DNA of 64,000 bases from an uncultured Alphaproteobacteria bacterium (GTDB lineage Bacteria; Pseudomonadota; Alphaproteobacteria; Rs-D84), in assembly GCA_946623825.1 (NCBI GenBank), contig CAMORN010000002.1:20237-84236 (forward strand). The letters run 5' to 3'. Shown piece by piece: positions 9,939 to 19,654 of this stretch; position 1 is the stretch's first letter, and the number at the start of each line of letters is the position of its first letter. Made by a program: the position numbers and the translations under genes. The notes beneath the pieces are model-generated. The model saw only the letters and a list, made by a program, of their open reading frames with translations, had not been told where the DNA came from and made no database searches.

Positions 9939-12182
9939 ATGAATTTACTTATCGTTGAATCTCCATCAAAAGCAAAAACAATAGAAAAATACCTTGGTAA
10001 TACATGGCGTGTTGTTGCCTCTATTGGTCATGTTCGTGATTTGGTTCCTGAATCAGGTTCAGTCGATATTGAACATGGTTTTGCACCAAAATGGAAAATT
10101 ATGGAAGGTAAAGAAAAACAATTAAAACTTATCACCGACGAATTAAAGAAAGCAGACGCAATATACCTTGCATCCGATCCGGACCGCGAAGGGGAAGCTA
10201 TCGCATGGCACATCAACGATATTTTAACATCTCGCAAGGTATTAGATGGAAAACCTGTTTATCGTGTTGCGTTTCATGAAATTACTAAAAACGCCATTAT
10301 AGAAGCATTAAAACACCCACGTGAAATTGATAATAATCTTGTTGATGCTTACCTTGTTCGCAGAATACTTGATTATTTAATTGGATTTGGAATTTCACCA
10401 TTATTATGGCGCAGAAATCTTGGTAAATCTGCGGGACGCGTTCAATCTGTGGCTGTTAAATTGGTTGTTGATCGTGAAAAAGAAATTGAAGTTTTCAAAC
10501 CTGTTGAATATTGGTCTGTAAATGCAAATTGTGGCAAAGATAAAACCAATTTCAAAGCATCACTTATAAAATATAACGGTAAAAAAATAGAAAAAATGAC
10601 CATAGAAAACAAAACTATGGTTGATGAAATTGTAAATTCTATTAATACACCAACAAAAGGCGTTGTTTCCAACATTGAAAAAAAGAAAGTGCAACGTCAT
10701 GCAGCGGCACCATTTACAACATCTACACTGCAACAAGAAGCAGCCAGAAAATTATATTTTTCATCTAAAAGAACAATGGCTACGGCACAAAAATTATATG
10801 AACACGGTTTTATTACTTATATGAGAACCGATGCGACAAATTTATCAAATGAAGCGGTTGCAGAAATTCGCGAATATATTAATAAAGAATATGGTGAAAA
10901 ATTCTTGCCTAAAACACCAAATGTTTATATCACTAAATCTAAAAATGCTCAGGAAGCACACGAAGCTATCCGTCCAACACATTTCTTGAATCAAAATGTA
11001 AATTTATCTGGCGATGAATTAAAATTATATAATTTAATATGGAAAAGAACCGTTGCTTGTCAAATGTGTAATGCTGAATTTGATTCTGTATCTGTTGATA
11101 TAGATGTAAATAATGCTATTTTCCATTGTGTTGGTACAACACGCACATTCGATGGTTTTATGAAGGTTTATATTGAAGATATTGATGATGAAAAAGAAAG
11201 TGATGAAGTAAAATTACCAGCTTTAAATATCAATGATGAAATTGAAATTAAATCTTTGGAATCTGAACAACATTTCACACAACCACCTGCAAGATTTACA
11301 GAAGCATCACTTGTTAAAAAATTGGAAGAATTAGGTATTGGTCGTCCATCAACATACGCAACAATTATGTCTACAATTGTGGACAGAAAATATGTTGAAC
11401 AAGATAAACAACATCGTTTTCATCCAACGATTTCTGGTTGGGTTCTGGTATCTTATCTTGCAAAATATTTCAGCGAATTAGTTGATGTAAATTTCACCGC
11501 TAAAACAGAAGACACATTAGACGATGTTTCAAATGGAACAAAAGATAAATTATCATCATTGCAATCATTTTGGACACCAACAAACAAAATGATAAATGAT
11601 GCAAAAGAAATTAAAACATCTGATATCATAGATTCTATAAACGAATTTATGCATGAACATTTATTCAAAGATGGTTCTGATGTATGTCCAAAATGTGGTG
11701 GAAAATTGGGATTAAAATTATCTAAATACGGTGCATTTGTTGGTTGTGTAAATTATCCAACATGTGATTATACATTAAAATTATCAAATGATATTCCGGA
11801 AAATATTCCTGAAAAAGAAACAAATAATTCTGAAAAAGATTTGGGTGATAATATAATTTTCCGTATTGGTAAATATGGTCCATATATCACAGATGGTGCA
11901 AAAAATGTTCCTGCTAAAAATTATACAGCTGAAACAATAACACTTGAAATAGCAAAAGAATTATTGGATAAAAAAAGTAAAAAAATAGAACCTGTTATTC
12001 TTGGTAAAAACCCAGATACAGATAAACCAATTTATTATTATCCAGATGGCAGATATGGTCCATATTTATCATCAAATCGTGTAAATGTTTCTGTGAAAGA
12101 ACAACCGTCATTAGAAGAAGCAATAAATTTAATAAATAATAAAAAACCGAATACATCTAAATTTGTAAAAAAGGCTAAATAA
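9939..12182 (+). CDS. topA: DNA topoisomerase I
   Basis: MNLLIVESPSKAKTIEKYLG Toprim N-terminus, catalytic core, C-terminal Cys4 zinc-ribbon repeats (CPKCGG...CVNYPTCDY). Confidence 0.95.
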   Translation: MNLLIVESPSKAKTIEKYLGNTWRVVASIGHVRDLVPESGSVDIEHGFAPKWKIMEGKEKQLKLITDELKKADAIYLASDPDREGEAIAWHINDILTSRKVLDGKPVYRVAFHEITKNAIIEALKHPREIDNNLVDAYLVRRILDYLIGFGISPLLWRRNLGKSAGRVQSVAVKLVVDREKEIEVFKPVEYWSVNANCGKDKTNFKASLIKYNGKKIEKMTIENKTMVDEIVNSINTPTKGVVSNIEKKKVQRHAAAPFTTSTLQQEAARKLYFSSKRTMATAQKLYEHGFITYMRTDATNLSNEAVAEIREYINKEYGEKFLPKTPNVYITKSKNAQEAHEAIRPTHFLNQNVNLSGDELKLYNLIWKRTVACQMCNAEFDSVSVDIDVNNAIFHCVGTTRTFDGFMKVYIEDIDDEKESDEVKLPALNINDEIEIKSLESEQHFTQPPARFTEASLVKKLEELGIGRPSTYATIMSTIVDRKYVEQDKQHRFHPTISGWVLVSYLAKYFSELVDVNFTAKTEDTLDDVSNGTKDKLSSLQSFWTPTNKMINDAKEIKTSDIIDSINEFMHEHLFKDGSDVCPKCGGKLGLKLSKYGAFVGCVNYPTCDYTLKLSNDIPENIPEKETNNSEKDLGDNIIFRIGKYGPYITDGAKNVPAKNYTAETITLEIAKELLDKKSKKIEPVILGKNPDTDKPIYYYPDGRYGPYLSSNRVNVSVKEQPSLEEAINLINNKKPNTSKFVKKAK

Positions 12183-13802
12183 TTGGCTAAATATGATAAT
12201 TCTTTTACAGATGAATTAAGACAAAGATTATCTTTGGTTGATGTTATTTCGCGTCGTGTACCTTTGACCAAGAAAGGACAAAATTATTGGGGTTGTTGTC
12301 CATTTCATAATGAAAAAACACCATCTTTTTCAGTAAGTGAAGAAAAAGGTTTTTATCATTGTTTTGGTTGTGGTGAACATGGTGATATTATTTCATTCAC
12401 TATGAAATCTGAAAATGTAGATTTTAAAACAGCTATTACAGAACTTGCAGAAATGGCTGGATTAAAATTACCGGAAATAAAACAAAAATCACAACAACAA
12501 ATTGAACAAGAAAAAACATATATAGATATTACTGAACAGGCTGCTAAAATTTATCAAGATTTATTATATTCTGAATCTGGTCGTGAAGCGTTAGAATATA
12601 TAAAAAAGCGCGGTTTCAGTGATGAAATGATAAAAAAATATAGATTGGGTTATGCGCCAAAAAATAATATTATTTCATCTAAATTTTCAAATATAAAAAT
12701 TGATAAATTAACTGCAACTGGATTGGTTCGAATTGGTGAATATGGCCCTTATGATTTCTTTCGTCATAAATTAATGTTTCCTATATTTAATGCACACGGT
12801 CAAATTGTTGCTTTTTCTGGCAGGTCCTTAGACGGCAGTGAACCAAAATATATAAATACTTCTGATACAGAATTATTTCATAAAAGACAAACTATATTTG
12901 GTTTTAATTTTGCACGCGATTTTATACATCGCCAAAACAGAAGCATTATTGTAGAAGGCCAAATAGACGCAATTCAAATGCAGGTTCATGGTTTTCCAGA
13001 AACTGTTGCACCACTTGGTACCGCTTTAACAGAAGATCATATTGCAATTTTATGTAAATCAAACAGAAATATAACATTTTGTTTTGATGGTGATAATGCT
13101 GGACAAAAGGCTGCTATGCGGGCGTGTCTGCTGGTTTTACCATTTTTGCGTGATAATTCAGATGTAAAATTTGCTTTTGTTTCTGGGGGTAAAGATCCAG
13201 ATGAAATCTTGAAAAATCATGGTACATCTGCAATGCAAAAAATTATAGATGACGCGGTTCCTTTGATAGATTTCTTGTGGCAAAGTGTTAATAAAAACTA
13301 TTTAACACAAACACCAAGTGGCAGAACACAAGCCGAAAAATTCTTGAAAGAATCTATTTCTAAAATAAAAGATAAAATTTTTCAAAACGAAATAGAACAG
13401 GAATATAATCAAAGAAAATTTAATCAATGGCATAAATGGTCTCGTAAAACAAATACTATAAATATAGAAGTTCCAAATATAGTTGATATGTCAACCAAGA
13501 TATTAAAATCTATTGTTCAAACATATCCTGAATTATCTGAAAAATATATAGAATTTTTATCTTCATTAAATATATCTTTTGATGAAGATGTTGAAAAAAC
13601 AGATTTATCATTAACAGATGCTGAAAATTATATTAAAAAATTATCTTTGAAAAAGATGCTCGAAAAATTAAATAATGAAAGAATTAAATTCTTGTCAGAT
13701 ATAAAAAATGAATCTGAAAATGAAGAAAATAAAAATAAATTAAAAATGATTAATGATAAAATTCAGGAAATAACAAACAAATTAAAATTGTTTAATGAAT
13801 AA
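12183..13802 (+). CDS. dnaG: DNA primase
   Basis: Zinc-binding CPFHNEKTPSFSV...HCFGCGEHGD and a Toprim domain. TTG start abuts the topA stop. Confidence 0.9.
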   Translation: MAKYDNSFTDELRQRLSLVDVISRRVPLTKKGQNYWGCCPFHNEKTPSFSVSEEKGFYHCFGCGEHGDIISFTMKSENVDFKTAITELAEMAGLKLPEIKQKSQQQIEQEKTYIDITEQAAKIYQDLLYSESGREALEYIKKRGFSDEMIKKYRLGYAPKNNIISSKFSNIKIDKLTATGLVRIGEYGPYDFFRHKLMFPIFNAHGQIVAFSGRSLDGSEPKYINTSDTELFHKRQTIFGFNFARDFIHRQNRSIIVEGQIDAIQMQVHGFPETVAPLGTALTEDHIAILCKSNRNITFCFDGDNAGQKAAMRACLLVLPFLRDNSDVKFAFVSGGKDPDEILKNHGTSAMQKIIDDAVPLIDFLWQSVNKNYLTQTPSGRTQAEKFLKESISKIKDKIFQNEIEQEYNQRKFNQWHKWSRKTNTINIEVPNIVDMSTKILKSIVQTYPELSEKYIEFLSSLNISFDEDVEKTDLSLTDAENYIKKLSLKKMLEKLNNERIKFLSDIKNESENEENKNKLKMINDKIQEITNKLKLFNE

Positions 13803-13871
13803 AAAATTTACCGGCTTTTTTGATAAAAATATTCAAAAACACCGGTATTTTATTTTGTTTTCTTAAAAATT

Positions 13872-13899
13872 AAAAATACCGGCATTTACCGGTATTTTT
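13872..13899. terminator. Bidirectional terminator between convergent dnaG and ychF (ACCGGT-palindrome family)
   Basis: AAAAATACCGG-CATTTA-CCGGTATTTTT: perfect inverted repeat flanked by A and T runs. Related TACCGG elements also at 13809-13850. Confidence 0.6.
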
Positions 13900-13906
13900 T
13901 TATTTT

Positions 13907-14986
13907 TTATACATTAAACAAGAAATGACATATATCACCTTCTTGCATGATATATTCTTTACCAACTAATCTCATTTTACCCGCTTCTTTTACTGCGACT
14001 TCGCCACCATATTGAATATAATCGGCAGGTGATATAATTTCAGCACGAATAAATCCGCGTTCAAAATCACTGTGAATTTTACCAGCCGCCTGTGGTGCAG
14101 TCATACCTTTTGTTATAGTCCAAGCGTGTGCTTCTTTTGGACCAACGGTATAAAATGTTTGTAAACCTAATGTGTCATAACCAGTGTGAATAACCTGTTC
14201 AAGACCAGATTGTGATAAACCTAATTCATCAAGAAACATTTTTCTTTCTTCTGTATCAACAATTTGTGCAATTTCCATTTCTATTTTTGAAGAAATAATT
14301 AACACAGGTGAAACAGATGAATATTTTTCAACAACCATATCTGAAAATTTATTTCCTTTACTTGCAGCCGATTCTTCAACATTACATACATAAATAACCG
14401 GTTTTTTTGTTAATAAATTAAATGGTGTTGCGTCAACATCTTGTAATCTTGCAGGTATAGATTTTTCAAGATTTGATTTAATATTTTTTGCGTCTTCTAA
14501 TAATTTTGCAGCATTTTTATCAAGTCCATGAACCTTTTTTTCAAGTTTTTTAATTTGATTATCCAAACTTTCAATATCAGCCAACATTAATTCCGTTTCA
14601 ATTGTTTCAATATCAGCCAATGGGTCTATCTTTCCATTTACATGAACAATATCATCATTTTCAAAACATCTGACCACATGAATAATTGCATCAGTTTCAA
14701 GAATATTTGATAAAAATTTATTTCCAAGTCCTTCTCCACTGGATGCGCCCTTAACCAGACCGGCAATATCAACAATTTCAAGTTGTGTTGGTATTATACG
14801 TTCTGCCCCAGCAACCTTGGCCAGATTATGCAGTGTTGCATCAGGAACAACAACACGCCCAGTATTAGGTTCTATCGTACAAAATGGATAATTTTGTGCG
14901 TCCGCAGCAGCACTTTGAGTCAAAGCATTAAATAATGTAGATTTTCCAACATTTGGTAAACCAACAATACCACAATTAAATCCCAT
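13907..14986 (-). CDS. ychF: Ribosome-binding ATPase YchF
   Basis: MGFNCGIVGLPNVGKSTLFNALT P-loop and a C-terminal TGS domain; 359 aa. Confidence 0.93.
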   Translation of the reverse strand: MGFNCGIVGLPNVGKSTLFNALTQSAAADAQNYPFCTIEPNTGRVVVPDATLHNLAKVAGAERIIPTQLEIVDIAGLVKGASSGEGLGNKFLSNILETDAIIHVVRCFENDDIVHVNGKIDPLADIETIETELMLADIESLDNQIKKLEKKVHGLDKNAAKLLEDAKNIKSNLEKSIPARLQDVDATPFNLLTKKPVIYVCNVEESAASKGNKFSDMVVEKYSSVSPVLIISSKIEMEIAQIVDTEERKMFLDELGLSQSGLEQVIHTGYDTLGLQTFYTVGPKEAHAWTITKGMTAPQAAGKIHSDFERGFIRAEIISPADYIQYGGEVAVKEAGKMRLVGKEYIMQEGDICHFLFNV

Positions 14987-15005
14987 ATCTTTTCACCAAT
15001 TAAAG

Positions 15006-15752
15006 TTGTATTTTGTTAATATTTTTTATATTATATTGATATATAATAATTCGGTTATAAATATGTCATACCTTTGGCAAGAATTCAATATAAAAACATT
15101 TCCGGCGGAAACTTTAGTTTTCCGTGATGGTTTATTTTGTGAAGAATTATCAGATTATAAATCTGCAACATATTCACAAAATCAAATAGATATAAATAAA
15201 AAATCAGATTTACCAATTCATATTATCTATGTCGGTAATATAGAAAATGAAAATATATTAAAAATTAATATAAAAGCCGGTGATTGTACTGTTTTTATGA
15301 CAACCAGAATAAAAAATGAAAAATCTGCCAATTTAGATATTTATGTTAAAAATACCGGCAAAAACAGTATTTTTAATGGAAAAATTGTCGCTGAAAACCA
15401 TAATTTATTAAAAATAGACACATATGGTGAACATTTATCACAAAATACCGGTATTTTTATAAAAACTCATGTTCTGGCGTATAAAAATTCAGAAACAGAA
15501 TTAAATGGATACGCAATCATAGAAAAAAATATGCAAGATTGTGAAAGTGATGTTTCTTTTTCTGTGATGGCAGATGAAAGTGCCAAAATAAAATTAAAAC
15601 CGGTTCAAAATATAAAATCTGTACCAATTGCCGCATCACACAGTGCTTCTTTATATAAACCAAACGATTTTCAGATAAATTATCTTAAATCATCTGGTCT
15701 GGGTGAACAAGAAGTTAAAAATATCTTGGCTGAAGCATTTCTTTTATTATAA
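15006..15752 (+). CDS. SufD/SufB-family (UPF0051) domain protein, short orphan form
   Basis: The C-terminal ...KPVQNIKSVPIAASHSASLYKPNDFQINYLKSSGLGEQEVKNILAEAFL matches the conserved SufB/SufD C-terminal signature (A.HGAtvGqidEeQLFYL.SRGi.eeeA..LL..gF). It is only 248 aa, and no sufB/sufC are adjacent. Confidence 0.5.
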   Translation: MYFVNIFYIILIYNNSVINMSYLWQEFNIKTFPAETLVFRDGLFCEELSDYKSATYSQNQIDINKKSDLPIHIIYVGNIENENILKINIKAGDCTVFMTTRIKNEKSANLDIYVKNTGKNSIFNGKIVAENHNLLKIDTYGEHLSQNTGIFIKTHVLAYKNSETELNGYAIIEKNMQDCESDVSFSVMADESAKIKLKPVQNIKSVPIAASHSASLYKPNDFQINYLKSSGLGEQEVKNILAEAFLLL

Positions 15753-15778
15753 AAAAAATACCCGCGATAAATCGGGTA
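15751..15778 (-). terminator. Rho-independent terminator of rpmJ
   Basis: TACCCG-CGATAAAT-CGGGTA hairpin. On the minus strand it is followed by a run of eight Ts. Confidence 0.5.
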
Positions 15779-15804
15779 TAAAAAACATATCCAATTGGAT
15801 TATA

Positions 15805-15939
15805 TTATTTTTTCTTGAATCCCTGTTTTGCCTTTAATTTAGGATTAGAAGGGTCAATCAAGATAACTTGTTTTCCACGACGGATTTGTTTAACATTTCC
15901 ACGTTTTTTCCAAGCTTTAAGAGAACTTAAAAATTTCAT
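15805..15939 (-). CDS. rpmJ: 50S ribosomal protein L36 (bL36, Cys-less alphaproteobacterial type)
   Basis: A 44-aa ORF absent from the 60-aa ORF track: MKFLSSLKAWKKRGNVKQIRRGKQVILIDPSNPKLKAKQGFKKK. It matches the bL36 pattern MKVxSSLKxxKxRxxxCxIVRRxGRxYVINxxNPRFKARQG. The 82-aa ORF at 15815-16063 (+) is its antisense shadow. Confidence 0.75.
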   Translation of the reverse strand: MKFLSSLKAWKKRGNVKQIRRGKQVILIDPSNPKLKAKQGFKKK

Positions 15940-16200
15940 ATTTAATCCTTTTTACTGGGCAATTATAAACCAGATTTCTAAAAAATCAAATATTTATTAT
16001 AAATTATTGTTGTTTTTGTTTAGGCTGTTTATTTTATTAAAAACTTTTTTCAACTTTTTATAAACAGTTTTTCAACAAAAAAATCAAGGTTTTCTGCTGT
16101 TTTTATAAAAATAAGTGTAAAAAAATCAAAAATATCAACAAGTTGAAAAATATAGACTTTTTAATAAATTTAACAAAATTATAGATTTTTACTTTTATAC

Positions 16201-16229
16201 TTGTTGAAAAAAGTTGAAATTGTTATAAT
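16201..16229 (+). promoter_or_regulatory. Sigma-70-like promoter for virB3-virB4
   Basis: -35 TTGTTG (16201-06), 17-bp spacer, -10 TATAAT (16224-29). RBS GGAGAGG (16244-50) sits 5 nt before the TTG start at 16256. Upstream are repeated TTGTTGAAAAA / CAACAAGTTG inverted-repeat motifs (16068, 16137, 16199). Confidence 0.45.
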
Positions 16230-16255
16230 TACAACATAAGACTGGAGAGGGAATT

Positions 16256-16552
16256 TTGAAACAACGGGTTTTAAAGGCTTTGGCAAATCCACCACGCATA
16301 TTTTATGTGGCTTATAATCTTGCTATGCTGAATTTCTTGTTCTGGTTTATGATATTTGTTGTAACAATGGTTGTTTTTTTGGTTGTGACTAAAAATATTC
16401 CAATGTTGGCACCGCTGATATTTCTTGGGGTATTGTTTATATCACACAGTATTTTGGGAATTTATTCAAAAAAAGAACCACAACTGGCACAAATGATAAT
16501 GTCTGGTTTTAAAATTTTTAAAAGCAGAATACCGGAAAAATTGGTAGTATAA
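16256..16552 (+). CDS. virB3: Type IV secretion system protein VirB3
   Basis: 98-aa protein with two hydrophobic helices, immediately upstream of and coupled to virB4. Size and topology fit VirB3. Confidence 0.6.
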   Translation: MKQRVLKALANPPRIFYVAYNLAMLNFLFWFMIFVVTMVVFLVVTKNIPMLAPLIFLGVLFISHSILGIYSKKEPQLAQMIMSGFKIFKSRIPEKLVV

Positions 16553-16554
16553 AA

Positions 16555-18969
16555 ATGGAATATTTATTTAATTATTTTGCAGGAAATTCAAATTCAATGA
16601 CATTGACATTGGTTATTATTGCGATGTCTGTGTTGTTGGTATTTATTGTTTTGTTGGCTTATATACCGACTTTAACAAAAAGAATTTTACCTGAATTTGG
16701 TTATGCTAGATATTCTGATTATTTACCATTCAAGGGTGTTTATAAAGATGATATTATATCTTTAAATGATGGTTCTTTGGCACGCGCATATAAAATAAAT
16801 GGTGTTCAAACCAGTATAATGGACGATGAAAACCGTGAAAAATTATTAGATTTACGTGCACAATTATTCAATCAAATTCAAGATCCGTCTGTTCATATTC
16901 GTTTTTATACAATTCGTGATAAAGTTGATGAAAAAACAAATTATGAATTTCATCAAAAAACACTGCAAAAAATTTATGATAAATGGAATAACCAAGGATT
17001 ACAGATATTTAATAATTCTTATTATGTTGTTATATCTGTAAATGGTGCGAATAATTATGATAAATTATTGCATTATTCTAATTTTATAGAATCTGTATTA
17101 TCTGTATATAAACCAGTATTATTAAAACACAACAGTTTTGATAACATAGCAACATTATTTGGTCGTATATTATCACCAATAACAAAACCTGTTATTAAAA
17201 AATGTGATAATGATATTTCAGAACTTGTTGCTGTTGATAATGTTTATTTTGGTAAAAATGGAATCATAGAATATTCAAGTGGTGATAAATCTTATTTTGC
17301 ATCTTTGATTTCATTTAAATCAGCACCTGATTTTATGGATGAAGAATTTTTTAATTCTGTATCAACAATACAATGTGAAATGATTTGTATGAACGCATTT
17401 CATGTTTTAAAAGCAAGTGATATTGATTCTATTATAAGACAACATAAATCAACAATCACAGACGGCAGCGAAGATTCCACCATTGAACAAATAGAACAGG
17501 CACAATCTTCTATGGATGAAAATATAACTGGTGCACAAACATTGGTTGATTATTATCCATTATTTATATTATTTGGTTATAATAAAGATGAACTTGAAAA
17601 AAATGTTTCAGAATTCAAGAAAATAGCTGCATCTTTTGGTGTTGCGCCAGTTGTTGAAAATTTTGCAACCAAGGCTTCTTTCTTTTCTCAGATACCTGGT
17701 TTTGATATATTCCCACGCAGTTTCAAGATGTTGTCAAAAACCGCTGCGGTCAGTATACCTTTGTCATCAATGCCACATGGGGTCGCAAACAGTGACTGGG
17801 GTAATGGTCCGTTAGTTATATTCCCAACTGCTCAGGGAACACCATATCAATTTCAATTTCATGTTTCAGATAAACCGGCTGCTGTGGGACATACATTAAC
17901 AATTGGTCCAACTGGTGGTGGTAAAACAACATTGTTCTCGTTTCTTATTGCTCAATCTTTGAGACACCAAAAGTTAAAAGCTTTCTTCTTTGACAGAAAC
18001 AAGGGTGCAGAAATATTTACATTGGCTGTTGATGGTAAATATATAACCATGAATGGTAAAGAAAAAGATGCAAAACAAGATGTATTTTTAACACATTTAA
18101 ATCCATTAAAAATGCCGGATACTGCGGCAAATCGCGCATTTTTAAGACGTTGGTTTGCAATGATTACTGGTCAAAGTGATGTTGTTTCAAGTGATGAAAT
18201 TGCGCGTGCTGTATCTGTGAATTTTGATTATTTGAAAGACGAAGACAGATTATTGAAAAATCTGTATGAAAGTTGTTTTTCAAGTGAAGGTACAATGCGT
18301 GGTGAATTAAAGAAATGGGTTGATCCATTACAATATGGTGATATTTTCAATGAAACCGAAGATACACTTGATTTAAACGCCCGTTTAACAACATTTGATT
18401 TTACAGATATTTTGCAAGATGAAGTTTTAGCACCAGCAGTTATATCTTATATCTTACACAGAATAAATAATACAACTGTATCTGGTGGAAATCCTTCTTT
18501 GATTATGATTGACGAAACCGCACCTATGCTTGAAAACAAAATGTTCCGTGATAATTTCATAGCGGGCCTGCAAGAAGGTCGTAAAAATCGTCAAGCATAC
18601 ATGGTTGCGTTCCAACGCGCGAATGTTCTTGATAAACTTGGTATTGGTGATGTTGTTCGTGGTCAGGCACAAACTGTGTTATTTTTCCGTAATCCTGCGG
18701 CTGATTTAAGTGATTATGAAAAATGGAATTTAAATCCACTTGAAATGGCTTTTATTCAGGGTAAAGCATATCCAAATTTAAAACGCGCAGTATTATTATC
18801 ACGTCCAGTAAACGGGGAATCTGTAATTTTAAATACCGAATTGGGTGGTTTGGGTAATATGTTGCGTTTGTTTGAATCGGGTCGTTCTTCTGTTTTATTG
18901 GCTGAAGAATTATACAGAAATTATGGAAATAATTTTGTTGAAGAATATCTGAAAAAACAAACAATGTAA
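16555..18969 (+). CDS. virB4: Type IV secretion system ATPase VirB4
   Basis: 804 aa with N-terminal TM region, Walker A GPTGGGKTT, and a CagE/TrbE/VirB4 family C-terminal ATPase domain. Confidence 0.9.
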   Translation: MEYLFNYFAGNSNSMTLTLVIIAMSVLLVFIVLLAYIPTLTKRILPEFGYARYSDYLPFKGVYKDDIISLNDGSLARAYKINGVQTSIMDDENREKLLDLRAQLFNQIQDPSVHIRFYTIRDKVDEKTNYEFHQKTLQKIYDKWNNQGLQIFNNSYYVVISVNGANNYDKLLHYSNFIESVLSVYKPVLLKHNSFDNIATLFGRILSPITKPVIKKCDNDISELVAVDNVYFGKNGIIEYSSGDKSYFASLISFKSAPDFMDEEFFNSVSTIQCEMICMNAFHVLKASDIDSIIRQHKSTITDGSEDSTIEQIEQAQSSMDENITGAQTLVDYYPLFILFGYNKDELEKNVSEFKKIAASFGVAPVVENFATKASFFSQIPGFDIFPRSFKMLSKTAAVSIPLSSMPHGVANSDWGNGPLVIFPTAQGTPYQFQFHVSDKPAAVGHTLTIGPTGGGKTTLFSFLIAQSLRHQKLKAFFFDRNKGAEIFTLAVDGKYITMNGKEKDAKQDVFLTHLNPLKMPDTAANRAFLRRWFAMITGQSDVVSSDEIARAVSVNFDYLKDEDRLLKNLYESCFSSEGTMRGELKKWVDPLQYGDIFNETEDTLDLNARLTTFDFTDILQDEVLAPAVISYILHRINNTTVSGGNPSLIMIDETAPMLENKMFRDNFIAGLQEGRKNRQAYMVAFQRANVLDKLGIGDVVRGQAQTVLFFRNPAADLSDYEKWNLNPLEMAFIQGKAYPNLKRAVLLSRPVNGESVILNTELGGLGNMLRLFESGRSSVLLAEELYRNYGNNFVEEYLKKQTM

Positions 18970-18972
18970 TAT

Positions 18973-19587
18973 ATGTTAAAAAAATATCTGATTTTTGTAT
19001 TTTGTTTATTACCAAATCTGGTTTTAGCAGATGATTGCCTTAGTTATAAATTAAATCCAAATATAAATATAAAAACACCATCTTGGTCAAAACAGGTTGT
19101 TCAACCATTACAAAAAATGGATGTTTTACATGGTGATGTTATTGCGACAATGGTTGATAATTATGAATTAACAACAGATATAACATCAATAGAAGATGGT
19201 TTTTGTGTTTCTTTGAAAAGTGTTGATGCAACAATTGGATATTCTGATTTTTTGGTTCAAATTGATTTATCACATAAAAAAAATACTTGTTCATATAATG
19301 CGGTTTTATCACACGAAGACGAACATATTCGTGCTTATTTATCAGTCATAGATGATAACCAAGATTTATTAAAAAAATCGCTGAAATCTGCTGCAATTTC
19401 AATAACACCAATTTTTGTCAGGGAACAAAAAGATATAGATTCTGCGGTTGATAAATTAAATGAAGAATTACAATCTCATCCAGATATAATTTTATTAAAA
19501 CAACACTTGAAAGCCGAAGAAGAAATCCGTAATAAACGCGTTGATCAAAATGACACCGGCGAAAGTTTAAGAAAGTGTTTCTTATAA
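18973..19587 (+). CDS. Secreted hypothetical protein with HExxH-like motif (SHEDEHI), immediately after virB4
   Basis: Signal peptide MLKKYLIFVFCLLPNLVLA; 204 aa. Starts 4 nt after the virB4 stop. HEDEH motif. No confident family assignment. Confidence 0.4.
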   Translation: MLKKYLIFVFCLLPNLVLADDCLSYKLNPNINIKTPSWSKQVVQPLQKMDVLHGDVIATMVDNYELTTDITSIEDGFCVSLKSVDATIGYSDFLVQIDLSHKKNTCSYNAVLSHEDEHIRAYLSVIDDNQDLLKKSLKSAAISITPIFVREQKDIDSAVDKLNEELQSHPDIILLKQHLKAEEEIRNKRVDQNDTGESLRKCFL

Positions 19588-19654
19588 ATCTAAATTTTTG
19601 TAAATAATACTGTTTTATGATAAAATATTCTTGATATATAACAGGGAGTATTTT

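Noticed and set aside
15815-16063. 82-aa plus-strand ORF in the virB3 upstream region.
   Set aside because: It is antisense to a well-formed bL36 gene (15805-15939) and continues into AT-rich promoter DNA, giving a low-complexity translation. Spurious.
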